Positions 8,872-17,374 of a stretch of DNA of 64,000 nt are shown piece after piece. The notes under the pieces were generated by a model. That model saw nothing but the letters and a program-made list of their open reading frames with translations, made no database searches and was not told the DNA's origin. Numbering within the stretch: the stretch's first letter is position 1; the number at the start of each line of letters is the position of its first letter. This DNA is from Promethearchaeota archaeon (GTDB lineage: Archaea; Asgardarchaeota; Lokiarchaeia; Sigyniarchaeales; SOKP01), in the NCBI GenBank assembly GCA_048940445.1, contig JBHLON010000001.1, positions 32,001-96,000 of the forward strand, written 5' to 3'. A program made the position numbers and the translations under genes.

Positions 8872-9312
8872 TTACATGATCAAGACTTGTGCCTCGCCAT
8901 CTGTCACAACTTCGTTTTTCTGGTTAAGGACTTTAGTTTCTACATCGAGAAATTGTAGTTTTCCACTTTTTCCCTCTTTAGTATATTTCTTTGTAACCGT
9001 GGCAACAGCAGTCAAAGTATCTCCAATAAAAACCGGCTTTTTAAAAATTACTTTTTGAGAAGCATAAAGAGCTCCAGGACCAAATAAGTGAACCCCAAGA
9101 ACTGCTGAAATTAGAGCTGAACTAAATGCTCCATGAACTACTCTTGTTCCGAACATTTGGGTTTTTGCAAACTCTTCATTGACGTGAAGAGGATTAAAGT
9201 CTCCACTGATTCCTGCAAATAAGGTTACATCCGCATCAGTAATAGTTTTGCTGCAAGAAGCGGAAGTTCCTTCTTCATAATCTTCAAATTTAACGATATT
9301 AGTTTTCGACAT
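8872..9312 (-). CDS. MaoC/PhaJ-family (R)-specific enoyl-CoA hydratase
   Basis: FAGISGDFNPLHVNEEFAK..RVVHG..FKKPVFIGDTLTA. Confidence 0.92.
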   Translation of the reverse strand: MSKTNIVKFEDYEEGTSASCSKTITDADVTLFAGISGDFNPLHVNEEFAKTQMFGTRVVHGAFSSALISAVLGVHLFGPGALYASQKVIFKKPVFIGDTLTAVATVTKKYTKEGKSGKLQFLDVETKVLNQKNEVVTDGEAQVLIM

Positions 9313-9348
9313 AAATTAATTTAATGAAAAAATAGATAAAAATATTAA

Positions 9349-9597
9349 CTAATTTTCTTTTCGCTTGATATAAATAGTCCGTAAATTATTAAAATCAGCT
9401 TTAAAACATGATTGACATTCTTCTTGCTTATCCGGAGTAGCGAATTCGACACGTACTTCATAACCAATTGATTCATACAATTCTACATATTCATTTACTC
9501 TATCTTCTTCTACTGTAAACCCCCGTTCCCACTCTTTTCCTCTAAGCGAAAGATTCTCCTTTTTTTCTCGTTCAGTTTTTTCCTTTTTTGATACCAA
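9349..9597 (-). CDS. small hypothetical protein with CxxC, at the head of the left operon
   Basis: 82-aa ORF (WERGFTVEEDRVNEYVELYESIGYEVRVE..CQSC..RTIY), co-oriented with the cluster, TTG start. Confidence 0.7.
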   Translation of the reverse strand: MVSKKEKTEREKKENLSLRGKEWERGFTVEEDRVNEYVELYESIGYEVRVEFATPDKQEECQSCFKADFNNLRTIYIKRKEN

Positions 9598-9815
9598 AAG
9601 CTATCAGTTCCATTCTATAAATTCTTTCTTGGTTATACACTAAATATAATGATAATGTCAAGTTTAAATCTTATTCTTTTCAAATTATAACTAAATTTAT
9701 TGCAATGGTATTTTATTCCCACTTAGCATATCCTATTAACAAATTTTAAAAGAATTTGTAGAATTATCTAAGAATAGAAATAAAAATAAAAGAAATCAAG
9801 ATTGATGTGAATATA

Positions 9816-10775
9816 ATGACTTATACAAAAGAGCCAAATTTTACTCCTAAAGACCCAAAAGAATTTGATTTTAAAGAAATAATTTATGAAAAGAAAGATT
9901 GGAAAGCAATTGTTACAATTAATCGTCCAGAAGTATATAATGCTTATTCAACCCTTACATTAATGGAAATGATTGAAGCTTTTCATGATGCTGCTTGGGA
10001 TAATAAAGTTGCAGTTATTATCTTAACAGGCGCTGGTGATAAGGCTTTTTGTACTGGTGGAGATGTAAAAGAATATAGAGAAAGGTTTACTGTGAAACCT
10101 GTGGAGTATTGGAAATGGATGTGTATATTTCAAGAGGCTCATGATGTATTTCGCAATATCGGAAAACCAACTATTGCAAGAATTAATGGGATTGTAGCAG
10201 GTGGAGGTAATGAATGGCAAATGGCTTGTGATTTAGCTGTATGTGCAGATCATGCCACTATTCAGCAAGTGGGAACAAGGGTGGGATCTGTTGCATGTGG
10301 AGGAGCTACACAATGGCTACCTATCATAGTTGGTGATAGAAGGGCAAGAGAAATTCTATATCTGTGTGAACCAATTTCAGCAGAAAAGGCTTTAGAATGG
10401 GGATTAGTGAATTCAGTTGTACCCTATAACGAAATAGATAAGGAAATTGATAAATATTGTCAGAAATTAATTGATAAATTTCCAGAATGTATGAGATATA
10501 CAAAACAACAGGTTAATTTTTGGAAAGATTTGGTTTGGCATCAAACAATTGGTCATGCAAAAGATTGGCTATCAATTCACTATGCTTCATGGGAACCTCT
10601 AGAAGGTATGTCAGCTTTTGTAGAGAAACGTCCTCCAAACTATAGAGGAGTGAGGAAAAGTCCTCATCCCGAGTTTCTATGGGGGCCACCTTCTATAACC
10701 TGTCCATCTTGTAATGCTAAGAATTTACCTTCCGATTTCGAGTTTTGTGGTAAATGTGGGGCAAAATTAAAATAA
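9816..10775 (+). CDS. oah: 6-oxocyclohex-1-ene-1-carbonyl-CoA hydrolase-like crotonase (Oah/BzdY/BamA-like) with C-terminal zinc ribbon
   Basis: Crotonase motifs AFCTGGDVKEY, GGGNE, QVGTRVGSVACGGATQWLPIIVGDRRARE resemble Oah. It is the first gene of an oah-dch-had-bzdNOPQ run. The C-terminus is CPSC..FCGKCG. Alternative GTG start at 9807. Confidence 0.75.
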   Translation: MTYTKEPNFTPKDPKEFDFKEIIYEKKDWKAIVTINRPEVYNAYSTLTLMEMIEAFHDAAWDNKVAVIILTGAGDKAFCTGGDVKEYRERFTVKPVEYWKWMCIFQEAHDVFRNIGKPTIARINGIVAGGGNEWQMACDLAVCADHATIQQVGTRVGSVACGGATQWLPIIVGDRRAREILYLCEPISAEKALEWGLVNSVVPYNEIDKEIDKYCQKLIDKFPECMRYTKQQVNFWKDLVWHQTIGHAKDWLSIHYASWEPLEGMSAFVEKRPPNYRGVRKSPHPEFLWGPPSITCPSCNAKNLPSDFEFCGKCGAKLK

Positions 10776-10827
10776 TATTTTTCAATAATTAAGGAAAAAC
10801 GAGCTTTAAAAGAAAATTAGAGTCATA

Positions 10828-11610
10828 GTGAGAATAGAAATTTTGAGAAATGATTTAATTATTGTTGAAAAAACTAACAATATAGGGAAAATTATATTCA
10901 ATAATGGCCCATTGAACATTTTAACAATTAATATGATGGAACAAATTAATGAAGCGTTGAAAGGTTTCATCGAAGATGAGTCATTAAAATTAGTTATTTT
11001 TGATCATAATGGGAAAGCATTTTCAGCAGGGGTTGATGTAAGTGACCATATTGGTAACAAAGCACCTCAAATGATCAAGGAGTTCCATGGAATTTTTAGA
11101 AAACTTAATAAACTTAAATGTCCTACTATAGCAAGCATTAAGGGAGCGGCTTTTGGAGGGGGGTGCGAAATTGCAGTATTTTGTGATTTAGTACTTACAT
11201 CAGATAAAGCAAAATTTGGACAACCTGAAATAAAAGTAGGAGTTTTCCCCCCCATAGCTATATTAGCTTTCCCTCATGTTATTGGAAATAAAAAAGCATT
11301 TGAACTTATCTTGTTAGGTGAAATTATTGATGCGAATGAAGCGTATAATTTGGGGATTTCAAACCAAATTTTCCCATCTGAAACATATGAACAAGAATTT
11401 ACCACATATATCAAGAAATTTGAGAATTTAAGTACTATTGTATTACGATATACAAAAAAAGCACTTAATAAAGCTTTAAAGCTCGATTTTGAGACTAAAC
11501 TAAATGAAATCGAAGAATTTTATCTTAAGGAATTAATGTGTACCAATGATGCAAATGAAGGTTTACAAGCATTCCTTGAGAAAAGATCACCCAATTGGCA
11601 AAATCGATAA
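10828..11610 (+). CDS. dch: cyclohexa-1,5-diene-1-carbonyl-CoA hydratase (Dch/BzdW-like)
   Basis: PLNIL, FSAGVDVSDH, GGGCE, FGQPEIKVGVFPP, LMCTNDANEGL; gene context supports the call. Confidence 0.8.
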   Translation: MRIEILRNDLIIVEKTNNIGKIIFNNGPLNILTINMMEQINEALKGFIEDESLKLVIFDHNGKAFSAGVDVSDHIGNKAPQMIKEFHGIFRKLNKLKCPTIASIKGAAFGGGCEIAVFCDLVLTSDKAKFGQPEIKVGVFPPIAILAFPHVIGNKKAFELILLGEIIDANEAYNLGISNQIFPSETYEQEFTTYIKKFENLSTIVLRYTKKALNKALKLDFETKLNEIEEFYLKELMCTNDANEGLQAFLEKRSPNWQNR

Positions 11611-11678
11611 TTTTATTAAATTTAATAAGAATTATATTTAAATTGTTATAATAATACAAAAAAATGTAGGAATTTAGA

Positions 11679-12725
11679 ATGAAAGCCGCAATATTTGAAA
11701 AAGTTAAAGAACCCTTAAAATTAGATAATAATTACCCTGATCCCACTATTTCTGAGGAGCTTGGTCAAGCTATTATTGAAATAGAAGCATGCGGTGTTTG
11801 CCATACAGATTTTGGTTATTTAGAGCATGGTGTTCCAACCGTTAAACAACCACCCCTTATTTTAGGACATGAGATTTCAGGTTGTATTAAAGAAGTAAGT
11901 GAAGATGTGAAAACTTTCAATAAGGGAGATCATGTCATCATTCCAGCGGTACTTTCTTGTGGATATTGTGTCAATTGCAGAACAGGCAGAGAAAACATTT
12001 GTCTTAATCAGATAATGCTTGGAAATCATATTGATGGGGGATTTGCTCAGCAAATTAAGGTTCCTATAAAAGATGTAGTCCATCTTCCGGTTGAAATGTC
12101 ATTAGAAGAAAGTTGTATAATTTCGGATGCTGTTTCGACACCCTACCATGCTGTAAAGAATCGAGGTCAAGTAAGACCTGGAGATTGGGTTGTAGTTATA
12201 GGATGTGGAGGTATTGGATTAAATGTAGTCCAGAATATAAAAGTAGCTGGAGGATTACCCATAGCCGTTGACCTAGTTCCTAAAAAGTTAGAGATTGCTA
12301 AAAATGTTGGAGCCGTAGAAACTATTTTAGCTAAAGATAAGGATGAAAGAGAGATTGTGAGTACTATTCGAAAAATCACCGGAGGAGGGGCAGATATCGC
12401 TTTTGAAGCGATTGGAAATCCAGCAACAATGAGACAAGCATTTAATAGTTTGAGAACTGGTGGTCGTTTAGTTGCTGTGGGATATTCTCCAAAACGTTGG
12501 GATGAGTTTGATATTGGTCGTGTTATGTTTCGAGAAATGGAAATTATGGGTAGCCTTGGTTGCCGTCCAGTTGATTATCCACACATTATTGATTTGGTTA
12601 AGAACGGTTCCCTTCAGCTTAAACCTTTAATTACTCATAAGTTCCCGCTGTCAGAAATTAATGAAGCTTTTGACGTAATGCGACGAGGAGAAGGAATTAG
12701 AATCATAATTTTATGTCAAAAATAG
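11679..12725 (+). CDS. had: 6-hydroxycyclohex-1-ene-1-carbonyl-CoA dehydrogenase (Had/BzdX-like, Zn-dependent MDR)
   Basis: CGVCHTDFGYLEHGVPT..LILGHEISG, IPAVLSCGYCVNCRTGRENIC, DAVSTPY, GCGGIG; gene context supports the call. Confidence 0.85.
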   Translation: MKAAIFEKVKEPLKLDNNYPDPTISEELGQAIIEIEACGVCHTDFGYLEHGVPTVKQPPLILGHEISGCIKEVSEDVKTFNKGDHVIIPAVLSCGYCVNCRTGRENICLNQIMLGNHIDGGFAQQIKVPIKDVVHLPVEMSLEESCIISDAVSTPYHAVKNRGQVRPGDWVVVIGCGGIGLNVVQNIKVAGGLPIAVDLVPKKLEIAKNVGAVETILAKDKDEREIVSTIRKITGGGADIAFEAIGNPATMRQAFNSLRTGGRLVAVGYSPKRWDEFDIGRVMFREMEIMGSLGCRPVDYPHIIDLVKNGSLQLKPLITHKFPLSEINEAFDVMRRGEGIRIIILCQK

Positions 12726-12789
12726 AGATTAATAAAATTTTTAATTTAATTTTTACTTTCAAAAGTAATGTGAAATAAAGGCATGAGAA

Positions 12790-13914
12790 ATGTTTGATCA
12801 GTTTAAAGATTGGTATGAAACACGCCATGATTATGCAAAAAAATGGAAAGAACGTACTGGTGGAAAAGTAATTGGTTATTTCTGCACATATGTTCCCGAG
12901 GAAATTCTTTACGCGGCAGATATTCTACCAGTACGAATTTTAGGAAGCCATGAGCCACAAGATGTCTCTGAACCACATATATTCGCGATGTTTTGCCCTT
13001 TTTGCAGAGATTGTTTAGCACAGGGTTTAAAGGGTAGATATGATTACCTTGATGGTATTATGATTGCGCAAAGTTGTCTCCATATTAGACAAGCGTTCAC
13101 TAGTTGGGATTTACATATTCCAGTAGATTTTTCCTATTATTTACCTCACCCTATGAATGTTCAAAGTGCTCATGCAATTCCTTATTTAACAGAAGAATTA
13201 AAATTATTTAAGAAAGCAGTTGAAAAATGGACTGGTAAGGAAATTACAGATGATGACATTCGACGAGGAATTGAGACAATGAACAAGAACAGGCAACTAT
13301 TACAACAAGTATACGAATTTAGAAAAAATCCAAATCCTCCTTTAACAGGTCTTGAAGCTATGCATATGGTGGTTTCCTCACAAATAGTAGATAAGAGAGA
13401 ACATAATAAAGCATTGGAGGAACTTCTGAGAAAACTCCCTTCAAGAACTTTAGATGAACCTGGTGAACGATTAATGATTTTAGGATCTGAAAATGATGAT
13501 ACTGAATTTGTATCTATGGTAGAGGACTTAGGAGCTAGGTTTGTTATTGATGACCACTGTACTGGCACTAGATATTTTAATACTATAGTAAATACAAATG
13601 GAGATCCATTAGGTTCAATTGCTGAAAGATATGTGAAGCGTACACCATGTCCAAGTAAGGATTGGCCTCAACGCACAAGGCTTAAAAATATTCTCCAATT
13701 AGCTGAAGAGTATAATGTACAAGGAGCTATAATAATGCAAATGAAATTTTGCGACCCTCACGAACTTGATACAGTTGCAATTAAAGAAGCATTAGAGAAC
13801 GATCTTAATATTCAGACACTCTTCCTTGAATTTGACGTTACCGTACCGATTGGTCAGTTTAAAACTCGCGTTGAAGCATTTCTTGAAATAATAAGAGAAG
13901 AAGATCTTTTTTAA
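12790..13914 (+). CDS. bzdN: benzoyl-CoA reductase, Bzd-type, subunit N
   Basis: RHDYAKKWKERTGGKVIGYFCTYVPEE, FCPFCRDCLAQGLKGRYDY, DDHCTGTRY, CPSKDWP, KFCDPH. Confidence 0.93.
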   Translation: MFDQFKDWYETRHDYAKKWKERTGGKVIGYFCTYVPEEILYAADILPVRILGSHEPQDVSEPHIFAMFCPFCRDCLAQGLKGRYDYLDGIMIAQSCLHIRQAFTSWDLHIPVDFSYYLPHPMNVQSAHAIPYLTEELKLFKKAVEKWTGKEITDDDIRRGIETMNKNRQLLQQVYEFRKNPNPPLTGLEAMHMVVSSQIVDKREHNKALEELLRKLPSRTLDEPGERLMILGSENDDTEFVSMVEDLGARFVIDDHCTGTRYFNTIVNTNGDPLGSIAERYVKRTPCPSKDWPQRTRLKNILQLAEEYNVQGAIIMQMKFCDPHELDTVAIKEALENDLNIQTLFLEFDVTVPIGQFKTRVEAFLEIIREEDLF

Positions 13915-13931
13915 AAAATGGAGGAATATAA

Positions 13932-15248
13932 ATGAAAGATACAAAATACCCAACAGAACCACTTAAGTGTTGGAATAAAGCTAAAATTCTTAGAGAAAAT
14001 TATTATAAAGATTTTGCTGAGGCTCATGAGAAAGGTGGAATCAGATGGGTAGGAGGAGCATGGTCTTTTGACGCTATTCCTGCTGGTTTAGGAGAGGATG
14101 TTTATTCTTTAACTGGAGAACCTTATGGTGCAACTGTAGCATTTAATGATAAATTCGCTTTAGAATGTCATGAGGCAACTGAAGCGAGAGGTTTTGCACG
14201 AGATTTATGTTCTTATATGCGTAATTATTGGGGTTCTATCCTGCTAAACAAGTATGCATGGCCTCAATTTTCGGATGAGTTCCCTAAGCCTGATTTTATT
14301 TGGCAAGACCATATTTGTTGTTCACATGCTAAGTGGTATCAGGTAGCAGGTGAACTTGAGGGAGGAATTCCTATGTTTAGTATTGATGTGTCCGTAGGAC
14401 CATATGAGGAAATAACAGAACATAAAATAAATTATATTGTTGGTCAAATGCATGATGGTATAAATTGGTTAGAAAAAGTAACTGGAAGAGATTATGATGA
14501 TGAATTATTAATTAAAGCAGTAAAGAATGAATTTCGCTCATGCCATTATTGGGCAGCAATTTGTGAACTTAATAAAGCTATACCTGCGCCATTAGATGAA
14601 AAATCAATGTATTCATTATATGTTCTTGGGACTCTTAGAAAGTCAGCTCAATGGACAGCAGATTTCTACGAAAAAGAATTATATCCAGAAGTAAAAGATC
14701 GTGTTGAAAGAGGGATTGCTGCTGTTGGAAATGAACAATGTCGTATTATGACAGATACTCAACCACCTTGGGCATTTTTAAGGATTTTCCGTTATTTAGA
14801 ACAATATGGTTGCGTTTCTGTGGGAAGCCTTTATACTTTTGGTCTTATTGGATTATGGGAAGTAAAGGATGATGGAACATGGGGGCCAAGATCTATTCCT
14901 GATATAGAATTAACTAATAGAGACGAAGCTTTACGAGCTCTGGCTGAATGGAATTTGAGTAAACCAGAATGGCAACATTTCTACCATCCAAAACTTAAAT
15001 CCGATATGATGATAAGGATTGCAAAAGAATGGAAGTTGGATGGAGTTTTTCTGCATTTTAATAGGGGATGTGAGGGTTTAAGTCTTGGAATTGCAGAAAA
15101 TCGTTTGGCTATTCAAAAGGCGGGGATTCCAACAATGCCTTTTGAAGGGAACATGGGAGATGAGAGAGAATTTGATCTTGAACGAACCATGAAGCGTGTA
15201 GATGCTTTTATGGAATCATTAGGCATCGAAAAAATGAATTTACAATAA
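13932..15248 (+). CDS. bzdO: benzoyl-CoA reductase, Bzd-type, subunit O
   Basis: [56 protein letters not shown]; a GGAGG RBS lies upstream. Confidence 0.93.
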   Translation: MKDTKYPTEPLKCWNKAKILRENYYKDFAEAHEKGGIRWVGGAWSFDAIPAGLGEDVYSLTGEPYGATVAFNDKFALECHEATEARGFARDLCSYMRNYWGSILLNKYAWPQFSDEFPKPDFIWQDHICCSHAKWYQVAGELEGGIPMFSIDVSVGPYEEITEHKINYIVGQMHDGINWLEKVTGRDYDDELLIKAVKNEFRSCHYWAAICELNKAIPAPLDEKSMYSLYVLGTLRKSAQWTADFYEKELYPEVKDRVERGIAAVGNEQCRIMTDTQPPWAFLRIFRYLEQYGCVSVGSLYTFGLIGLWEVKDDGTWGPRSIPDIELTNRDEALRALAEWNLSKPEWQHFYHPKLKSDMMIRIAKEWKLDGVFLHFNRGCEGLSLGIAENRLAIQKAGIPTMPFEGNMGDEREFDLERTMKRVDAFMESLGIEKMNLQ

Positions 15249-15315
15249 ATTGAATTATATTAATAGAAAAATTTATGATTAAAAATTAAATAATAGAGAT
15301 AAAATAGGGTTTTAT

Positions 15316-16101
15316 ATGATAACAGCAGGTATAGATTGTGGTTCTAAAAATACTAAGGTTGTACTTTTGAATGAAAAAGGCGTTTTATCGACAGCTTCTG
15401 TATTAAGTGGATTCGATCAAGAAGAATCAGCTAGCAATGCCTTAGATAATGCTATTAAAAAAGCAGGAATTAAACGTGAAGATATTAATCATATAACTGT
15501 AACCGGAGCAGGAATGGAAGCAATTTCTTTTGCAAATGATAATGTAACAACTGTTACTTGTGATGGTCGTGGGGCATTCTTTTTATTTCCCTCAGCTCGT
15601 ACTATTATTGATATCGGAGCTGAAGAAGGCTTAGTTGTAAAAATCGATGAAAGTGGAAAAGTTAAAGATTTTGGAATAAATGAGAAATGTGCTGCTGGAG
15701 CGGGTGCATTTATAGAAGCAATGTCAAGAGCACTAGAAGTAGATGTTAAAAATATGGGAGATCTTTCTTTGAAATCAACAAAACAAATTCCAATGAATGC
15801 ACAATGTACAATTTTTGCAGAATCTGAAGTCGTGTCATTGATTCACCAGAAAACTTCTAAAGAAGATATAATTCGAGCAGTTCATGATGCAATTGCTGAT
15901 AGAAATACAAGCATGATACGTCAAATAGGAATAGAGAGAGAGGTGGCATTGATAGGAGGTGTTGCTAATAATATTGGTTTTGTAGATGCAATGAATAGGA
16001 ATTTAGGTTTTGACCTTCTAGTACCTAAAGATAAAGTGGCTCCAGAATATATTAGCGCACTAGGAGCAGCATTGGTAGCTCAAGATAAACTTGGAGGTTA
16101 A
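15316..16101 (+). CDS. bzdP: benzoyl-CoA reductase ATPase/activator subunit P
   Basis: ASKHA activase motifs GIDCGS, IDIGAEEG, NEKCAAGAG, MNAQCTIFAESEVVSLIH. Confidence 0.9.
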   Translation: MITAGIDCGSKNTKVVLLNEKGVLSTASVLSGFDQEESASNALDNAIKKAGIKREDINHITVTGAGMEAISFANDNVTTVTCDGRGAFFLFPSARTIIDIGAEEGLVVKIDESGKVKDFGINEKCAAGAGAFIEAMSRALEVDVKNMGDLSLKSTKQIPMNAQCTIFAESEVVSLIHQKTSKEDIIRAVHDAIADRNTSMIRQIGIEREVALIGGVANNIGFVDAMNRNLGFDLLVPKDKVAPEYISALGAALVAQDKLGG

Positions 16102-16105
16102 TATC

Positions 16106-16993
16106 ATGTCAAATGCAAAATCAGAAAAAGAATATTGGAGATGGACTGAATCTAGATACACAAACCCAGATTTGGATTGGCAAAAAGGTAAGATCATATC
16201 AGCAGGAGTAGATGTTGGATCAGTTAGTACTCAAGCTGTTATTATGGTAGATGGAGAAATATATTGCTATTCAAGTATGCGAACTGGATCGAATAGTCCA
16301 GATAGCGCAAACAATGCGATGGATTGGGCTCTTGAGGATACTGGTTTGACTTTAAATGAAATTCAATATGTAGTTGGAACTGGATATGGGCGTGTGAATG
16401 TTCCTTTCGCAAAAAGAGCAATTACTGAAATTGCATGTCATGCCCGAGGAGCAAATTTCATTTATGGCCCCGAAATAAGAACGGTTTTAGATATGGGTGG
16501 CCAAGATTGTAAAGCAATACGGTGTGACAATCGGGGCAAAGTTACTGCATTTCTTATGAACGATAAGTGTGCTGCCGGAACGGGGAGAGGAATGGAAGTA
16601 TTTGCAGATTTACTTCAAGTACATATAAATGATGTAGGCAGGATGTCATTGGAAATTGATGAAGAACCTGAACCTGTAAGTAGTACTTGTGTCGTATTTG
16701 CCAAATCAGAAGCAGTTGGATTACTTAGAAAAGGATGGCCAAAAGAAAAAGTTTTAGCAGCATATTGTTCCGCTATGGCCCATCGAGTTGTGACTCTACT
16801 GTTACGTCTTGGAATCGAGGAAAAGTTTGCTATAACAGGAGGAATAGCAAAAAATATTGGAGTTGTTAAAAGAATAGAAGATGAGTTGAAAATTAAAGCT
16901 CCAGAGCCAAATATTGATCCTCAAATTGCAGGTGCTATAGGTGCTGCTTTGTTTGCTAAGGCTCTAATTGAAAAAGAACAAAAGAAAACTTAA
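16106..16993 (+). CDS. bzdQ: benzoyl-CoA reductase ATPase/activator subunit Q
   Basis: EYWRWTE N-terminus, GVDVGSVS, GTGYGR, TEIACHARG, DMGGQDCK, MNDKCAAGTGR. The ATG at 16106 follows a GGAGG at the end of bzdP. Confidence 0.93.
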   Translation: MSNAKSEKEYWRWTESRYTNPDLDWQKGKIISAGVDVGSVSTQAVIMVDGEIYCYSSMRTGSNSPDSANNAMDWALEDTGLTLNEIQYVVGTGYGRVNVPFAKRAITEIACHARGANFIYGPEIRTVLDMGGQDCKAIRCDNRGKVTAFLMNDKCAAGTGRGMEVFADLLQVHINDVGRMSLEIDEEPEPVSSTCVVFAKSEAVGLLRKGWPKEKVLAAYCSAMAHRVVTLLLRLGIEEKFAITGGIAKNIGVVKRIEDELKIKAPEPNIDPQIAGAIGAALFAKALIEKEQKKT

Positions 16994-17002
16994 GGGATCC
17001 AA

Positions 17003-17293
17003 ATGACGAAAGCAAATTATGGTTATAAGGATGGTTCAGGAGAATATTTTATTACCATTGATACAGATTTGTGTAATTCATGCGGAAAATGTGTTGATGC
17101 ATGTCCTGAAGGTGTGCTTGAAATGGGTGAAAATGAGTTAGATCCACTTGGTGATGAGATAATTGCAATTGTTTCTGAAGCACATCGCAAGAAAATAAAG
17201 TATTCATGCGCTCCTTGCAAACATGGTAGTGAGACAAGAGAATTACCCTGCGTTAAAGTTTGTGTGCCCAAGGCGATTGTTCACTCATGGTAA
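17003..17293 (+). CDS. bzdM: BCR-associated ferredoxin (BzdM-like)
   Basis: ANYGYKDGSGEYFITIDTDLCNSCGKCVDACP..KIKYSCAPCK..PCVKVC..HSW. Confidence 0.85.
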   Translation: MTKANYGYKDGSGEYFITIDTDLCNSCGKCVDACPEGVLEMGENELDPLGDEIIAIVSEAHRKKIKYSCAPCKHGSETRELPCVKVCVPKAIVHSW

Positions 17294-17374
17294 TTTTTAT
17301 AATTTTTAAATTCATGATATAACTTGATTAGCATATAAAAGAATATCAAGTAGATGGATAATTTTATTTAGAGA

